DNA from: Octopus bimaculoides
Taxonomy: Eukaryota
Assembly: GCF_001194135.2 (NCBI RefSeq)
Contig: NC_068998.1
Location: forward strand, 48,854,227-48,912,868
Direction of reading: 5' to 3'
DNA: 58,642 bases
Below, in pieces: positions 28,630-40,564 of this stretch (the stretch's first letter is position 1; each line of letters opens with the position of its first letter). The notes beneath the pieces are model-generated. The model was not told the origin of the DNA. It made no database searches and saw nothing but the letters and a program-made list of their open reading frames with translations. Both the position numbers and the translations under genes were made by a program.

Positions 28630-28731
28630 CCCTGTTGTTGATGTTGAAATTCCAAGGAAGGAACTTTGGATCTAGGTTAGAAACCGGTTCTTTCTCTATT
28701 GGCAAGAAATCTTGAAATAAACTGAATAATG
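28630..28731 (+). mobile_element. Short insert between (TACA)n tracts, probably the 3'UTR/tail of a TACA-associated LINE
   Basis: About 100 nt of unique sequence ending GAAATAAACTGAATAATGA, flanked on both sides by (CATA)n. The family link is inference. Confidence 0.45.
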
Positions 28732-28734
28732 ACA

Positions 28735-28766
<32 letters not shown>

Positions 28767-28968
28767 AATATCCATACAGTCATTCATACACTGGTGCATA
28801 CATTGTCTGCTACGATCTATGTGTGTGCTTTTATGCACCAAACGACTATATGAGAGAATCACTCAAGGATAATGACATAGTATTCGGTGTTCTAAAAAGC
28901 ATTCACGTTAAGGTGGATGTAAAGATTACTTTTTGGTACTAATACTGTTTTCGTCGCTAATAATATGT

Positions 28969-29775
28969 GAAGGCACATGGCTCAGTGGTTAGAGCGAAGG
29001 GTTTTTACTCGCGAGGTTTGAGTTCGATTCCCGGATTGGTCTGTGTGTTGTGTTCTTGAGCAAGACACTATTTCACGTTGCTCCAGTTCACTCAGCTGTA
29101 GAAATGAATAGCGTCACCACCGGTTCCCAGCTGTATAGACCAGTGCTCCGCAACCGGTATCCGCGGCACACTGGTGTGCTACGAGACGATGTTAGGTGTG
29201 CCGCAGTGTAACCCGAATATAATTTTGTTCCTTATACTTTTAGTAATATTTTTAGTTCAGGTGTGCCACCAAATTTTGAAAAGAATATAAGTGCACCGCA
29301 ACTGAAATGCCGCGGCACGCTGGTGTGCTACGAGACGAAGCTAGGTGTGCCGCAGTGTCACCTGAATATAATTTTGTTCCCTATACTTTTAATTATATTT
29401 TTAATTCAAGTGTGTCGCCGAATTTTGAAAAGAATAAGAATGTGCCGCAACTGAAATGCCGCGGCACACTGGTGTGCTACATGACGATGCTAGATGTGCC
29501 TGAATACAATTGTGTTCCCTATACTTCTAGTTATATTTTTAATTCAGGCGTGCCACCGAATTTTGAAAAGAATAAAAGTGCGCCGCAAGTGAAAGGTTGC
29601 GGAGCACTGGTATAGACCCCCTACTTTTCCCTCGGATAACATCGGTGGCATGGAGAGGTGGGACTGGTATGCATGGGTGACTGCTGGTCTTCGACAAATA
29701 ACTTTGCCTGGACTTGTGCCTCGGAGAGGAACGTTCTAGGTGCAATCCCATGGTCATTCGTGACCGAAGGAGTTC
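28969..29775 (+). mobile_element. CORE-like SINE split by the hAT MITE (28969-29140 and 29618-29775)
   Basis: tRNA head TGGCTCAGTGGTTAGAGC...GTTCGATTCCC plus core. The tail after the MITE matches the reverse complement of 9133-9368. Confidence 0.8.
29141..29609. mobile_element. hAT-type MITE with three internal tandem units of about 149 bp, inserted in a SINE
   Basis: Perfect 15-bp TIRs CAGTGCTCCGCAACC (29141-29155, 29595-29609). 8-bp TSD GTATAGAC (29133-29140, 29610-29617). Units start at 29161, 29310 and 29459. Confidence 0.92.
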
Positions 29776-29809
29776 TTTACACTATACACAAACATAAAAA
29801 CCCAATGAA

Positions 29810-29995
29810 AAACTTACAGCTCTTATATCCAGATTTTCACCTGTACAAATCATCATAGAAAAACTGCGCTATGTAAAAACTTATTTGCCTTGAATCCTTG
29901 TATTTTTGAAGTTCTTCAAGAAAGAACCAGCCAAAATGATTCACATTCTTCAATTGAAAGTATGGCAAAACTTTGTAAAACATTCCTGGGATTCT
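29810..29995 (+). mobile_element. Degenerate mariner transposase C-terminal fragment
   Basis: DFHLYKSS and FLKFFKKEP...WQNFVK resemble the mariner D-F-H-L-F and terminal WQ motifs. Confidence 0.45.
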
Positions 29996-30302
29996 CCATT
30001 TGAGATTGCCTGGGTTAAACACAGGCACAAAAACAATCACATGCATACAAAAGAACACACACACACACACACACGCACACACACATACACACGTAAGCAG
30101 TAATGGAGCATACACATACCTGTGCTAAAGTGAGATACCTTCGCACTAAATGACTGCAAGCTTACCTATACAATTATGCTTATATGCTCATCATGGCTTA
30201 TTCAGTTGGCCACGACCCTACCGACGAGACAGGCTTAAACAAAAGGCAATTGTTACTATTTCTGAAAGGAAAAACACTGAAATAAACGCTAATGAAAACT
30301 TG

Positions 30303-30343
<41 letters not shown>

Positions 30344-30884
30344 NNNNNNNNNNNNNNNNNNNNNNNNNNNNNNNNNNNNNNNNNNNNNNNNNNNNNNNNN
30401 NNNNNNNNNNNNNNNNNNNNNNNNNNNNNNNNNNNNNNNNNNNNNNNNNNNNNNNNNNNNNNNNNNNNNNNNNNNNNNNNNNNNNNNNNNNNNNNNNNNN
30501 NNNNNNNNNNNNNNNNNNNNNNNNNNNNNNNNNNNNNNNNNNNNNNNNNNNNNNNNNNNNNNNNNNNNNNNNNNNNNNNNNNNNNNNNNNNNNNNNNNNN
30601 NNNNNNNNNNNNNNNNNNNNNNNNNNNNNNNNNNNNNNNNNNNNNNNNNNNNNNNNNNNNNNNNNNNNNNNNNNNNNNNNNTATACATACATACATACAT
30701 GAATGCATACATACATGAATGCATACATACATACATACATACATACATACATACATACATACATACGTACATGCATGCATGCATGCATACATACATACAT
30801 ACATACATACATACATACATACATACATACAGGTCAATCTAAAAAGAGTCTTTATGAAACTGCAGATCATTTTTGACTTCCCCT

Positions 30885-30929
<45 letters not shown>

Positions 30930-31132
30930 ATGTGTTAGTGGGTGCATGAATATATACATACACATACACACACACTCGCAGACACACACATGCACATATA
31001 TACATATACATTGCATATCCTTTAAGTTCGTTTTCAGTGCGCAAATAAAAGCTCCTATGTTAATATGTCGGTTACGGCTTAGCGATTCCAACTTCCAACT
31101 GCCGTTTTAAGGGATCGCAACGAGCTATGCTG

Positions 31133-31176
<44 letters not shown>

Positions 31177-31215
31177 TATATATATATGTATGTATGTATG
31201 TATGTATATATATGC

Positions 31216-31283
<68 letters not shown>

Positions 31284-31344
31284 NNNNNNNNNNNNNNNNN
31301 NNNNNNNATATTTATTTATACACACACACATACACATATATATG

Positions 31345-31380
<36 letters not shown>

Positions 31381-31935
31381 CATGCGTAGATATATATATA
31401 TATATATATATATGATATTTACGACGTAATCTATGATGAAAGAAATATGAGAAAGATATAGCATATAATTTTTTTTTTGTGCAGGGATTCCTTGAGACAT
31501 GTAATTCATTTTAAGGGTTACACAAGGGCAAAAAGGTTGAGAAATACTGCTTTAGACCTTAAATGTTTTAAGTATATGTTTGCGGTTTCGTTGAGCTCAG
31601 TGTTTTCTTTCACTTTTAGATAACCCAATTGCTTTTTAGATGTCTGGTGAAAAGAAAGCTCAAAGTCGCGGACTGAGCGGGAAGTGTACATTTTTTGGTA
31701 TCATGATCCAGTTCTTCTGTGGGTTTTGGTGGTTGATTTTTAAGGAAATGATGGATATGAGTATCTGCTTGATGTACCAGTGTGGGTTTCAGATCAATAT
31801 AGTGAGATCAATATATTGTTTGAGATCAATATAATGATATGAGAACATTGTGTAGTTTGACCTTTACTTATTTTTTTGAAGGTTAACATCTTCAGTTTTA
31901 TTAACAACGTATTTTTTCAGGAAGAAAAGATTGAT

Positions 31936-32080
31936 TTCAAATTTTGACAGCAATTTCGGGACGGGGATAAGTCGATTACATTGACCCCAGTGCATAACTG
32001 GTACTTAGTTTTTCGACTTCGAAAGGGGTGAAAGACAAAATTTAACCCGGTGTGTTAACGATTCTTCAGATCAACGCCTT
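31936..32080 (-). mobile_element. SINE family B, internally deleted
   Basis: GTCGATTACATTGACCCCAGTG...CTGGTACTTA...GAAAG. Confidence 0.65.
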
Positions 32081-32590
32081 AAAAGAAGACACAATATCAA
32101 AAGTATAAAAAGATTAAATTACCGAGAAACCGCCCCACCCCCGCCGCCTTAACTATCTCACCAAAAAAAATAAAGAAAAACAACAAAAGCGTGGGGTGGG
32201 GGATTATGCAACAGAAGATGGTGGTGTTACGTCGGTAACGGATTGCAGAGCTCAGAACAAATGACGAATTTAGTTGCTCCTTGCGGACATGATTGTAAAA
32301 GCGCTGCCTTTGAATGATACTCGACTTGCAAAGGCGCTACCTTTGAATGACCAAATGACCAGCAACACACACTGCAGCAGACCCACCCCGCCTCGCGGTG
32401 CTCGTTTCTCAGAGGAGGTTATTTATTCTCAACACTGTTTTACTCTAAACGCCGTTTTATTCTCAACGCCGTTTTATCCCCAACCCCGTTTTTACTGCTT
32501 TTAATTGCGACAAACATTTGTCATTTCATAGATTTATCAAAAGATGATGGTTTTTACGTTATTTCCTTATTTGGTAGTTTGATGCTGAGT

Positions 32591-32914
32591 GAAGGCGCGT
32601 GGCTTGGTAGTTAGGGTATTCTGCTCACGGTCGTAAGGTCGTGAGTTCAATTCCTGGAGACGCATTGTGTCCTTGAGCAAGACACTTCATTTCACGTTGC
32701 CTCAGTTCATTCAGCTAGCAAAACTGCATTGTACCTGTATTTCAAAGGCCCAGCTTTATCACATTCTGTGTCATGCTGAATCTCCCTGAGAACTACATTA
32801 AGGGTACGCATGTCTGTGGAGTACTCAGCCACTTGCATGTTAATTTTACGAGTAGGCTGTTCCGTTGATGAGGGTCAACTGGAACCCTCGTTGTCGTAAC
32901 CGACGGAGTGCCAT
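32591..32914 (+). mobile_element. tRNA-derived CORE-like SINE sharing the family C tail; 14-bp TSD
   Basis: TSD AGTTTGATGC(T/C)GAG at 32576-32589 and 32918-32931; CCTTGAGCAAGACACTTCATTTCACGTTGC core. A related copy lies at 39696-39935(-). Confidence 0.85.
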
Positions 32915-33189
32915 TTAAGTTTGATGCCGAGACTTTAGCGTTAGTTCTAAGGGGTTTGGGTGTGTTTGCGGATGTATCTAGTTCTTATTAACAACTTTAT
33001 CTACCACTGATATTAATTAGGGTCGTATTTCTATGTTACTTGGGATCCTTTTATTTTACTTGTAAACTATGTTATTTAGATCCTTTTATAATTATTTGTT
33101 TGCCTGCCTCCACTACAATATTTTTTCTTGTGACTTTGAAATGTTAAATTTAAAAAAGAACCTTGATTTCAATTCTTGATAGAATTCTC

Positions 33190-33339
33190 TCCATTGAATG
33201 ATTCTCGAAATTTCTAATGACTTTTCAGTTTTCTTCATTCAATGGACGTGATCTGGTGGTCACCCTGACCACTAGATCACATCCATTGAATGAAAAAAAG
33301 CAGAAATGTCTTTAGAAACTTCGAAAAACATTCAATGGA
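33190..33339. repeat. Foldback: 73-bp inverted arms, 3-nt loop, nested internal inverted repeat
   Basis: Arms 33190-33262 and 33266-33339 pair with about 10 substitutions. Each arm itself begins and nearly ends with TCCATTGAATG/CATTCAATGGA. Confidence 0.9.
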
Positions 33340-33432
33340 AGGATCAAAGGTTGAATTCCTCCGTCTTGCGGCGCATTCTGTCCTTTATTGCATTGCTACA
33401 GTCCACCAAGCTGTCACGAGGCACTAGTAAAG

Positions 33433-33475
<43 letters not shown>

Positions 33476-33636
33476 NNNNNNNNNNNNNNNNNNNNNNNNN
33501 NNNNNNNNNNNNNNNNNNNNNNNNNNNNNNNNNNNNNNNNNNNNNNNNNNNNNNNNNNNNNNNNNNNNNNNNNNNNNNNNNNNNNNNNNNNNNNNNNNNN
33601 NNNNNNNNNNNNNNNNNNNNNNNNNNNNNNNNNNNN

Positions 33637-33678
<42 letters not shown>

Positions 33679-34147
33679 AGAGAGAGAAAGAGAGAGAGAG
33701 AGAGGCACTAAAATAATTGGCAAAAGCATGGTATATGTTAAGTAAACTTTAATAACTCGCAAGTGACGGTCGGTTGTACTGTACCGTACTGTATTTCAGA
33801 CTTCGTCACTAATATTCCAATGTGCACTATCTTGCAGACTTAGTAATTACGCAGAGACTTCCTTGCCAGTTCGTCATGGGAGGTGTTAAACAAGTTGTCG
33901 CGTTAGGCCTGGTTTTCTCGGTTTTCGACTGCAAAAATTACGATCGTTTAGAAAAGCGCTTTCAGTTTTAAAAATATTCCATCTCCAACTAGTTGTAATC
34001 CGATACTAGAAATATTTTCTGTTCCACCTGTAATCTATTTACTCTGTCTCAAATGAACCAACCGTGCACTTTTAGATTCCTGTTAAAATACACTTTTACC
34101 AAAATATTACTAAAGCTGTTTATTTTATGTTTCACCACCAAACTGCT

Positions 34148-34179
<32 letters not shown>

Positions 34180-35379
34180 TGTATGTACGTGCGCACGCAC
34201 GTATGTATACATGCTTGCTTGTGTGTATGTATGTATGACGTTTGTATGTATAGTGTGCGAAGGTGTGTGTAATATTTATACATACACACATACATGTATG
34301 CATTTACATATATAAGATTTATAAAATATATATTATACATATTTAATATGTATGTTTATGTGCATAAAACACTCATCCACACTCACAAACATATACACAC
34401 ACATATATACAGATGGGATTGCATGACTGAGCAGCTCGCTTCATAACTACGGGGTTTCAGGCTCAACCTCCGCGTGTGACACCTGAGGCAAGTGACTTTT
34501 ACCAATGCCTTTCTAATGAAATTGGCAGGTAAAAGAAATAGGATGGGTTTGTTGTTTGCATTGTTACATATTTCGATATTGCATCATGGCCTTCGTCAGT
34601 AGCCTTACTACGCCTGAATAACACTTAACCAAGCCAAGGCTTCGTAAAGGATTTCCAGTTCTTGAAGTTTCTGTGACACACAGACACACACAAATAAATG
34701 CTTGTATGTATTTATATGTATTTATGCATGTATATATGCATGTATTTATTGGTATAACATCACCTTTTGTTTCCTAGTGAAGAGACGAAAAAACAATTCT
34801 CTGAACTTCTTGAAATTATGCATGACCCCATCTTAGTTCTGTATCACCTCTACCTTATAGACATTAAACATGCCTTTAAAATTACCTTAGTTATATACGA
34901 ATTATGATGTTTTATACGACAACGTAGTGCATATACCCTGAGATATATACAACGTTCTTGTTTATCGTTTGTGTATATTATTAAGCCAACTGTGTAAGTC
35001 AGAGGCCTCTAATTATCCCCTTAAATGTAGCTGTTTAGATCTGATTCTAAGTTACGGTTGATGTATCTTCTCTGTTTGTTTGGTGTAGTGTTGAACAAGC
35101 TACTTGCTAGCCACAGCTATAAAAGGCTGGTTATCCGAGTAGCTCTGCATTGAGTTACGTGCCGAAGGGATCATACTGAAGAGAACAATTCTTTGAATAG
35201 ATTACATGGTTTCGTAATCATAAGTTTTCTACCATATCTGGTTTGCATCTAATGAATCTTGCATTGTTGCCCTCCCATCTCACCTCTTTTCAGATTTGCT
35301 TAGCTGAGCTGTCTCGTGAAATGATTAAACTGATGCTCTTACGGAAATTAATTTTTCTGTCTTGTCAAAACTTGTAAGC

Positions 35380-35420
<41 letters not shown>

Positions 35421-35650
35421 NNNNNNNNNNNNNNNNNNNNNNNNNNNNNNNNNNNNNNNNNNNNNNNNNNNNNNNNNNNNNNNNNNNNNNNNNNNNNNNN
35501 NNNNNNNNNNNNNNNNNNNNNNNNNNNNNNNNNNNNNNNNNNNNNNNNNNNNNNNNNNNNNNNNNNNNNNNNNNNNNNNNNNNNNNNNNNNNNNNNNNNN
35601 NNNNNNNNNNNNNNNNNNNNNNNNNNNNNNNNNNNNTATATAAGAGACAC

Positions 35651-36867
35651 TGGGGGTGCGAGGGTATTTGAGGACACTTAATTATCAGTCTATTATTTTC
35701 TTCCAAGCAATTAAAATGCTTTTATTCTTTTCAGATCCCCCCTGGAAGATAGAACGCTAACACAAGATATGAAAGGACATGCAGCCATTGTTAGCATATG
35801 TATGAAAGTCAAAGATTTAGAAATTGCCAACTTTCTTAATGCCGCAAGAGCTTTTGTAGAGAAAGTTCGGAACGAACTACGAGCCACTGGCGGTAATGTT
35901 TCAACTGTAACAACGAGAAAAATATCAAAAATGCATTCTAGACATTCGGCCTCGCAATTCACCCAACGGGTTCGAAACATCATCGATGGTCATCTTGAAA
36001 AATCAATGAGGGCTAACGCCAAAAGACTGTCAGAGTGCACTTTCAGAACTGTGCTGCACGAATCCTATGTACTAAGAAGAGGCCCAAGTGATGCCTATAA
36101 AGATACACGAAAACCATTTGATCCGTGCGAAGCTGTTACTTAAAATGGTTAAAAAATCCTTCACGAATATGGCCTGATTTGAGTCTTTGATGAGAATAAC
36201 TTCAACCAAGACTAAAAATCTAACAGGAAAATGATACCTGGTTATGTGTAGATCCTTCTGATGTCGCCATAGTGATTCGCACTGTTTCCAGTAACTGTAA
36301 TGGTTTTAGGAATTGTGAGTAACAAAGATCATATCATGCTACTACATATCTTTCCACCGGGTCTTAAAATAGCTGTTGCTGGATACTATTATTGAACCAT
36401 GGATGGATGAATTTCAGAGCAGAAGGCCATACGTGTTTCAACAAGACTAACTATCTTCTCACAAAGCACACGTAACCCAAGAGTGGATTTCAAACAATTT
36501 TTAGGATTATGTGTCGTTAAACTTGTGGCCTACAAACTGGCTAGATTTAAATTCAGTTAACTACAATGTTTGGAACGTTGTTGAAAGTGAGAGTAATTGA
36601 TATCCTGACAATAACATAGCTTCATTGAAGTCTGCCTTTGTCCAGGTGATGTCTGAAATAAATAAGGACCATTTAGTATAGGCATGTCAACGATTCCAGT
36701 CCCGTGTTGAAGCAGTCATCGAAGCTGAAGGCGGATCCATAGAAATGATCTTATAAGCTTATCGAAAACAAGAGCACAAACTTTTATTAAAATACCATTG
36801 ATTTTTACAAGACGAAAGTTGCTCTATTAAATTACCACACATATCCTCAAATACCTCTCGCACCCCG
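35651..36867 (+). mobile_element. Near full-length, decayed Tc1/mariner-superfamily transposon of the maT (DD37D) type
   Basis: Transposase relic 35769-36756 with stops and frameshifts: HTH (LEIANFLNAARAFVEKVRNEL), FDENNFNQD, VTVMVLGIVSN, YVFQQD, LWPTNWLDLN, ACQRFQSRVEAVIEAEGG. Terminal inverted repeats GGGGTGCGAG(A)GGTATTTGAGGA at 35653-35674 and 36844-36866. Confidence 0.88.
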
Positions 36868-37128
36868 TTTTGCTGTCGGTTCTTCAGGCAGTATCGACTG
36901 GATAAGATGAACAGACCACTTCCCCAAAACGGTAAATAGTTCAACAATGAACAGCTGAATGATGAGCACCTATGATTAACTGAACGTCTGTTTGCATCGT
37001 GATTTGTACAGGCTTAAGCCATGACACATTAGAAAAAAATGCATGGAACTGTAAAGGCAGTTAATAGTTAAGGACTGACGTGGAAATGCCATTGCCCGTC
37101 TTTGAAATCATTACTTTTAGAGTGGGAA

Positions 37129-37142
37129 ATGGATTGTGGCGG
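37129..37142 (+). CDS. Atypical DUSP gene, first coding micro-exon (MDCGG)
   Basis: TTACTTTTAG|AGTGGGAA ATG GAT TGT GGC GG|GTGAGT. The phase-2 donor matches the acceptor at 37979-37980 and restores the long DUSP frame (14+907 nt = 307 codons). Confidence 0.6.
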
Positions 37143-37980
37143 GTGAGTAGCGGATCATTAACTGCATGGTAGTCACGGCTCGGGGGAGATAAATTGTGAA
37201 TTGAGGCATGTTTATAATTGATGAAATCATGAAATGATGAAATGAGATGGCGTACAAAGAGGAAGTTTTTTTTCTACATTTAAACATTAGTTGGGTCGCT
37301 GTAAGTGTTGTAAAGATCCTGGTATAGCTGAAGATGAAGTGAACTGAGTTATGTTTATATCTTGTGAGATAATGTATGAGGAAATATGAGGTTGTTTGCC
37401 AGGACGACTTCACCATTGAAAAACTTTCATAAACGGAGTACCGTAGTGGCCACTCGCTACAACACAAAACAACGTAATACGAGCTGCCTCATACGAAGTT
37501 CATGCTACATAATTCCAGATGCCAAATACAAACTCTAAAGGGAAAATTATATCAGTGACATTATATTAGAATATAAAAAAGTTCGGCATAAAACTTCATA
37601 ATGCAAAATTTCAGTAAATAAAATTTCGGGATAAAAAATTTCAAAATACAAGTCTTCGGAATATAAAATTTCTGTCTACTGAATTCCACTCAAAAGTGTT
37701 TGGTGGCCCCGAATGCATGGCTGAAAGTACTTCACTCGCTGAAGGTTTCTCGCAGTAAAGTCAAACCCGAAATCGGGTAGTTGCAAAGCGAAAACAACGA
37801 CGACAGCAACAATTATTGTTTAATTTGATAATGTTTTTGTCATTAATTAACCTGTGCTTCACTGTCTAATTTACCAATGTTTAAACATTTTTATGAAGAA
37901 GAATGCGACCATTGATCAACCACGTTACGTCGCAATTATTCCAGTTTACCAGTTGACCATGTTTTGTTTTACAATTTCAG

Positions 37981-38887
37981 AAGCCATCATCTGTTGCTAT
38001 CCCAGACGTCATCGCCATACTTCACGGAGCAACCACTAATACCGAGCGTTACCGACTATACATCCCCGTTTTCGAAGGATTATCATTCATCGGAGTTTTC
38101 CACTTTGTCCCCTCTTCCATCTCCGTCACAACCATCCCCAAAACCATCATCATCAACACGGTCATCTACATTTTTTCCCTCGCATTCATCTACATCATCT
38201 GCTAGAGGATGTGCAACTTCCACATCGTCGACAGCCACAACATATTCGAGGTCCACAACAGTTGATAAAAAACCGGAAGCAGAACCAAAGCAAAGTCGAT
38301 TTCTTCCAGTCATATCCAAAGAAAAAAGAGCCGAAATGAATATTGTAATATTTAACCAAATCGCTGAGATCACTCAGTATTTGTATCTTTGTGCTGCTGC
38401 AGCAGTGTCTCGAGAGAAGGTTCGCTCACTTCAAATCACTCATATCATAAACTGCACCCTCGATGTTCCGAACTTCAAAGGTGAAAATGTTGCATGCGTC
38501 AATATCCAGGTAGATGATTCTTCTCGGGCACACCTCGGCATTTACTTTGATCGTTGTGCTGACATGATTCGTCAAGCCAGTTTGAAAAATGGTAAAGTTC
38601 TGGTCCATTGTGTGGCTGGAGTTAGTCGGTCGGCTAGTCTTTGTATTGCCTATTTAATGAAGTACGAAAGGATGAGCTTACTGCAAGCTTACAAATTTGT
38701 AAAGAGGAAACGATATGTGATTCATCCGAACGTTGGATTTTGGCAGCAACTGATTGAGTATGAAAAACGGATCTTCGGTCGAGCAACTGTGAAAATGGTT
38801 TATTCTAATGTGGGTATGGTTCCGGAAGTCTACATTGATGAAGAGAATGAATTACTTCGACTTCAACAAAATTCACGCCATCGCTAA
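37981..38887 (+). CDS. DUSP14-like: Atypical dual-specificity phosphatase (DUSP14/18/21-like), main coding exon
   Basis: Acceptor GTTTTGTTTTACAATTTCAG|. Catalytic loop VHCVAGVSRSASLCIAYLMK (Cys codon 38609-38611), N-terminal IAEITQYLYL and ITHIINCT, IHPNVGFWQQLIEYE, and the C-terminal TVKMVYSNVGMVPEVY typical of DUSP14/18/21. No rhodanese domain; S/T/P-rich N-terminal extension. Confidence 0.93.
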
Positions 38888-39012
38888 ACATGCCAACAAG
38901 TTTTATTTCTTTTTTGACATCTTTTATATATAGCCTATATTTATTATCGACTGAGTAGATCACTAGTCGTATCTTCATCTTTACTCGTTTTGGCTTCCGT
39001 TTCTGAACAACA

Positions 39013-39089
<77 letters not shown>

Positions 39090-39175
39090 AACAACAACAA
39101 AATACAAAAAAGAATACTAAGGAAATATAAATAAAACTTTGGACGAAAATAATTCTCACACATCTAAAGATATCC

Positions 39176-39372
39176 ACGAAATAGATTTCAGTCGAGCACC
39201 TATGAAAATGGCTCATTCTAGCTGGGGTATTATTCCAGAGGTCTATTTTGATGAAGAGAAGAACTACTTCGACTTAACGACTTTCATGCCATCGTTAAAA
39301 AGACATCAATAACTCCTATATACATACATATATATATTTAGTGTTTTTATATTATCTATATTTATTAGCACT
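39176..39372 (+). pseudogene. Decayed tandem duplicate of the DUSP 3' coding end and start of the 3'UTR
   Basis: Aligns by eye to about 38765-38955: FSRAPMKMAHSSWGIIPEVYFDEE versus FGRATVKMVYSNVGMVPEVYIDEE, then a 1-nt deletion. Similarity continues into the UTR (ctatatttatta). AATAAA follows at 39388-39393. Confidence 0.8.
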
Positions 39373-40176
39373 TGGCAAGTTACTTGCAATAAATTCATTC
39401 TGAATTATTTTTGCCTTCGTTTAAATTTGCATATTACCAAAAAAACAAACAAAAAATACTAAATAAAATATTATACGGGATAAAAATTATCCTCACGCAT
39501 TTATAGATATATACAAGCGATACTTGCTCTCTCTGTTTATCTATATTAATCTGTTATTGTTTTGCTATGTCCGGCCTACCATCTTGAAAGGTTTAACTAA
39601 ATGATATCTTATCTGTATTTGATTTTCTCTCAATCTGTATCTCATTGTATTAACTCGTTGTTTACTTTTCTAAGCCAAGTCTACTATGGGTGGTGGGCAC
39701 TCCATCGGTTAAGACGACGCGTGTTCCAGTGAGCTCACATGCAAGTGGCTGAGCACTCCACAGACACGCGTACCTATAACATAGTTCTCAGGGAGATTCA
39801 GCGTGATACATTGAATGTAATAAGGCTGGCTCATTGATTTACTGGTACAACCCATTTTTGCCAGCGGAGTAAACTGGAGCAACGGGAAACGATGCGTCTT
39901 GCTCAAGGACATACAATGTGCCGCTAGGTATTGAACTCAAGTCCTATGTATGGCGACTTTTGAATCACCCTGTATATATATATATGTCGCCATGATAGAT
40001 CGCTGACCACTACATTTAAATTTCTTTTCTCCTTGTTTTTCTCCTTATTTCTATCTGTTGGAGAGCGTAGCTCGAAACGTTAAAGACTTTCTCTATTCCC
40101 GAGCGTTAAACTAATACCTCCTTTTGTTGTTTACACCACCTGTCCTCGTCTGTTGTTGTTTTTTTCTTAAATTCTC

Positions 40177-40211
<35 letters not shown>

Positions 40212-40266
40212 NNNNNNNNNNNNNNNNNNNNNNNNNNNNNNNNNNNNNNNNNNNNNNNNNNNNNNN

Positions 40267-40308
<42 letters not shown>

Positions 40309-40315
<7 letters not shown>

Positions 40316-40422
40316 TAAAATAAGTACTAGGTTTACGAAGAATAAGTCCTAGGGTCGATTTGTTCGACTAAAGGCGGTGTTCCAGCATGGCCGCAATCTA
40401 ACGACTGAAACAAATAAAAGAA
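40309..40422 (+). repeat. Interspersed SINE 3'-tail fragment (also near 10190-10355, 25500-25600, 54230-54385)
   Basis: Shared GACCGATA..ATAAGTAC...GTCGAT...CGACTAA..GGCGGTG.TCCAGCATGGCCGCA...ACTGAAACAA. Confidence 0.75.
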
Positions 40423-40564
40423 TATATTTTCAATCATACAAAACCAAGTCTAGCAACAAACTTTAATTGTAAAAGAAATATATTTATTTACAAAACGAAA
40501 TATATTGACACACTTTAAATGTAAGCGATATGAGTACAGGAGGAGATAAAGTGATGAGTTGGTT

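Noticed and set aside
29141-29609. Regularly spaced repeats that could be mistaken for a CRISPR array
   Set aside because: These are contiguous 149-bp tandem units without unique spacers, bounded by hAT TIRs and TSD, in a eukaryotic context with no cas genes.
12202-34606. Further GAAACAGCTGTA / CTGA.GA hammerhead-like fragments (about 2296-2340, 12240-12260, 15790-15830, 26590-26635, 34561-34606)
   Set aside because: The core or stem I is broken in each; they are inactive Penelope-LTR relics at best.
37964-37980. ORF-track start of the DUSP ORF
   Set aside because: It is a TTG within the polypyrimidine tract of a splice acceptor, not a credible eukaryotic start.
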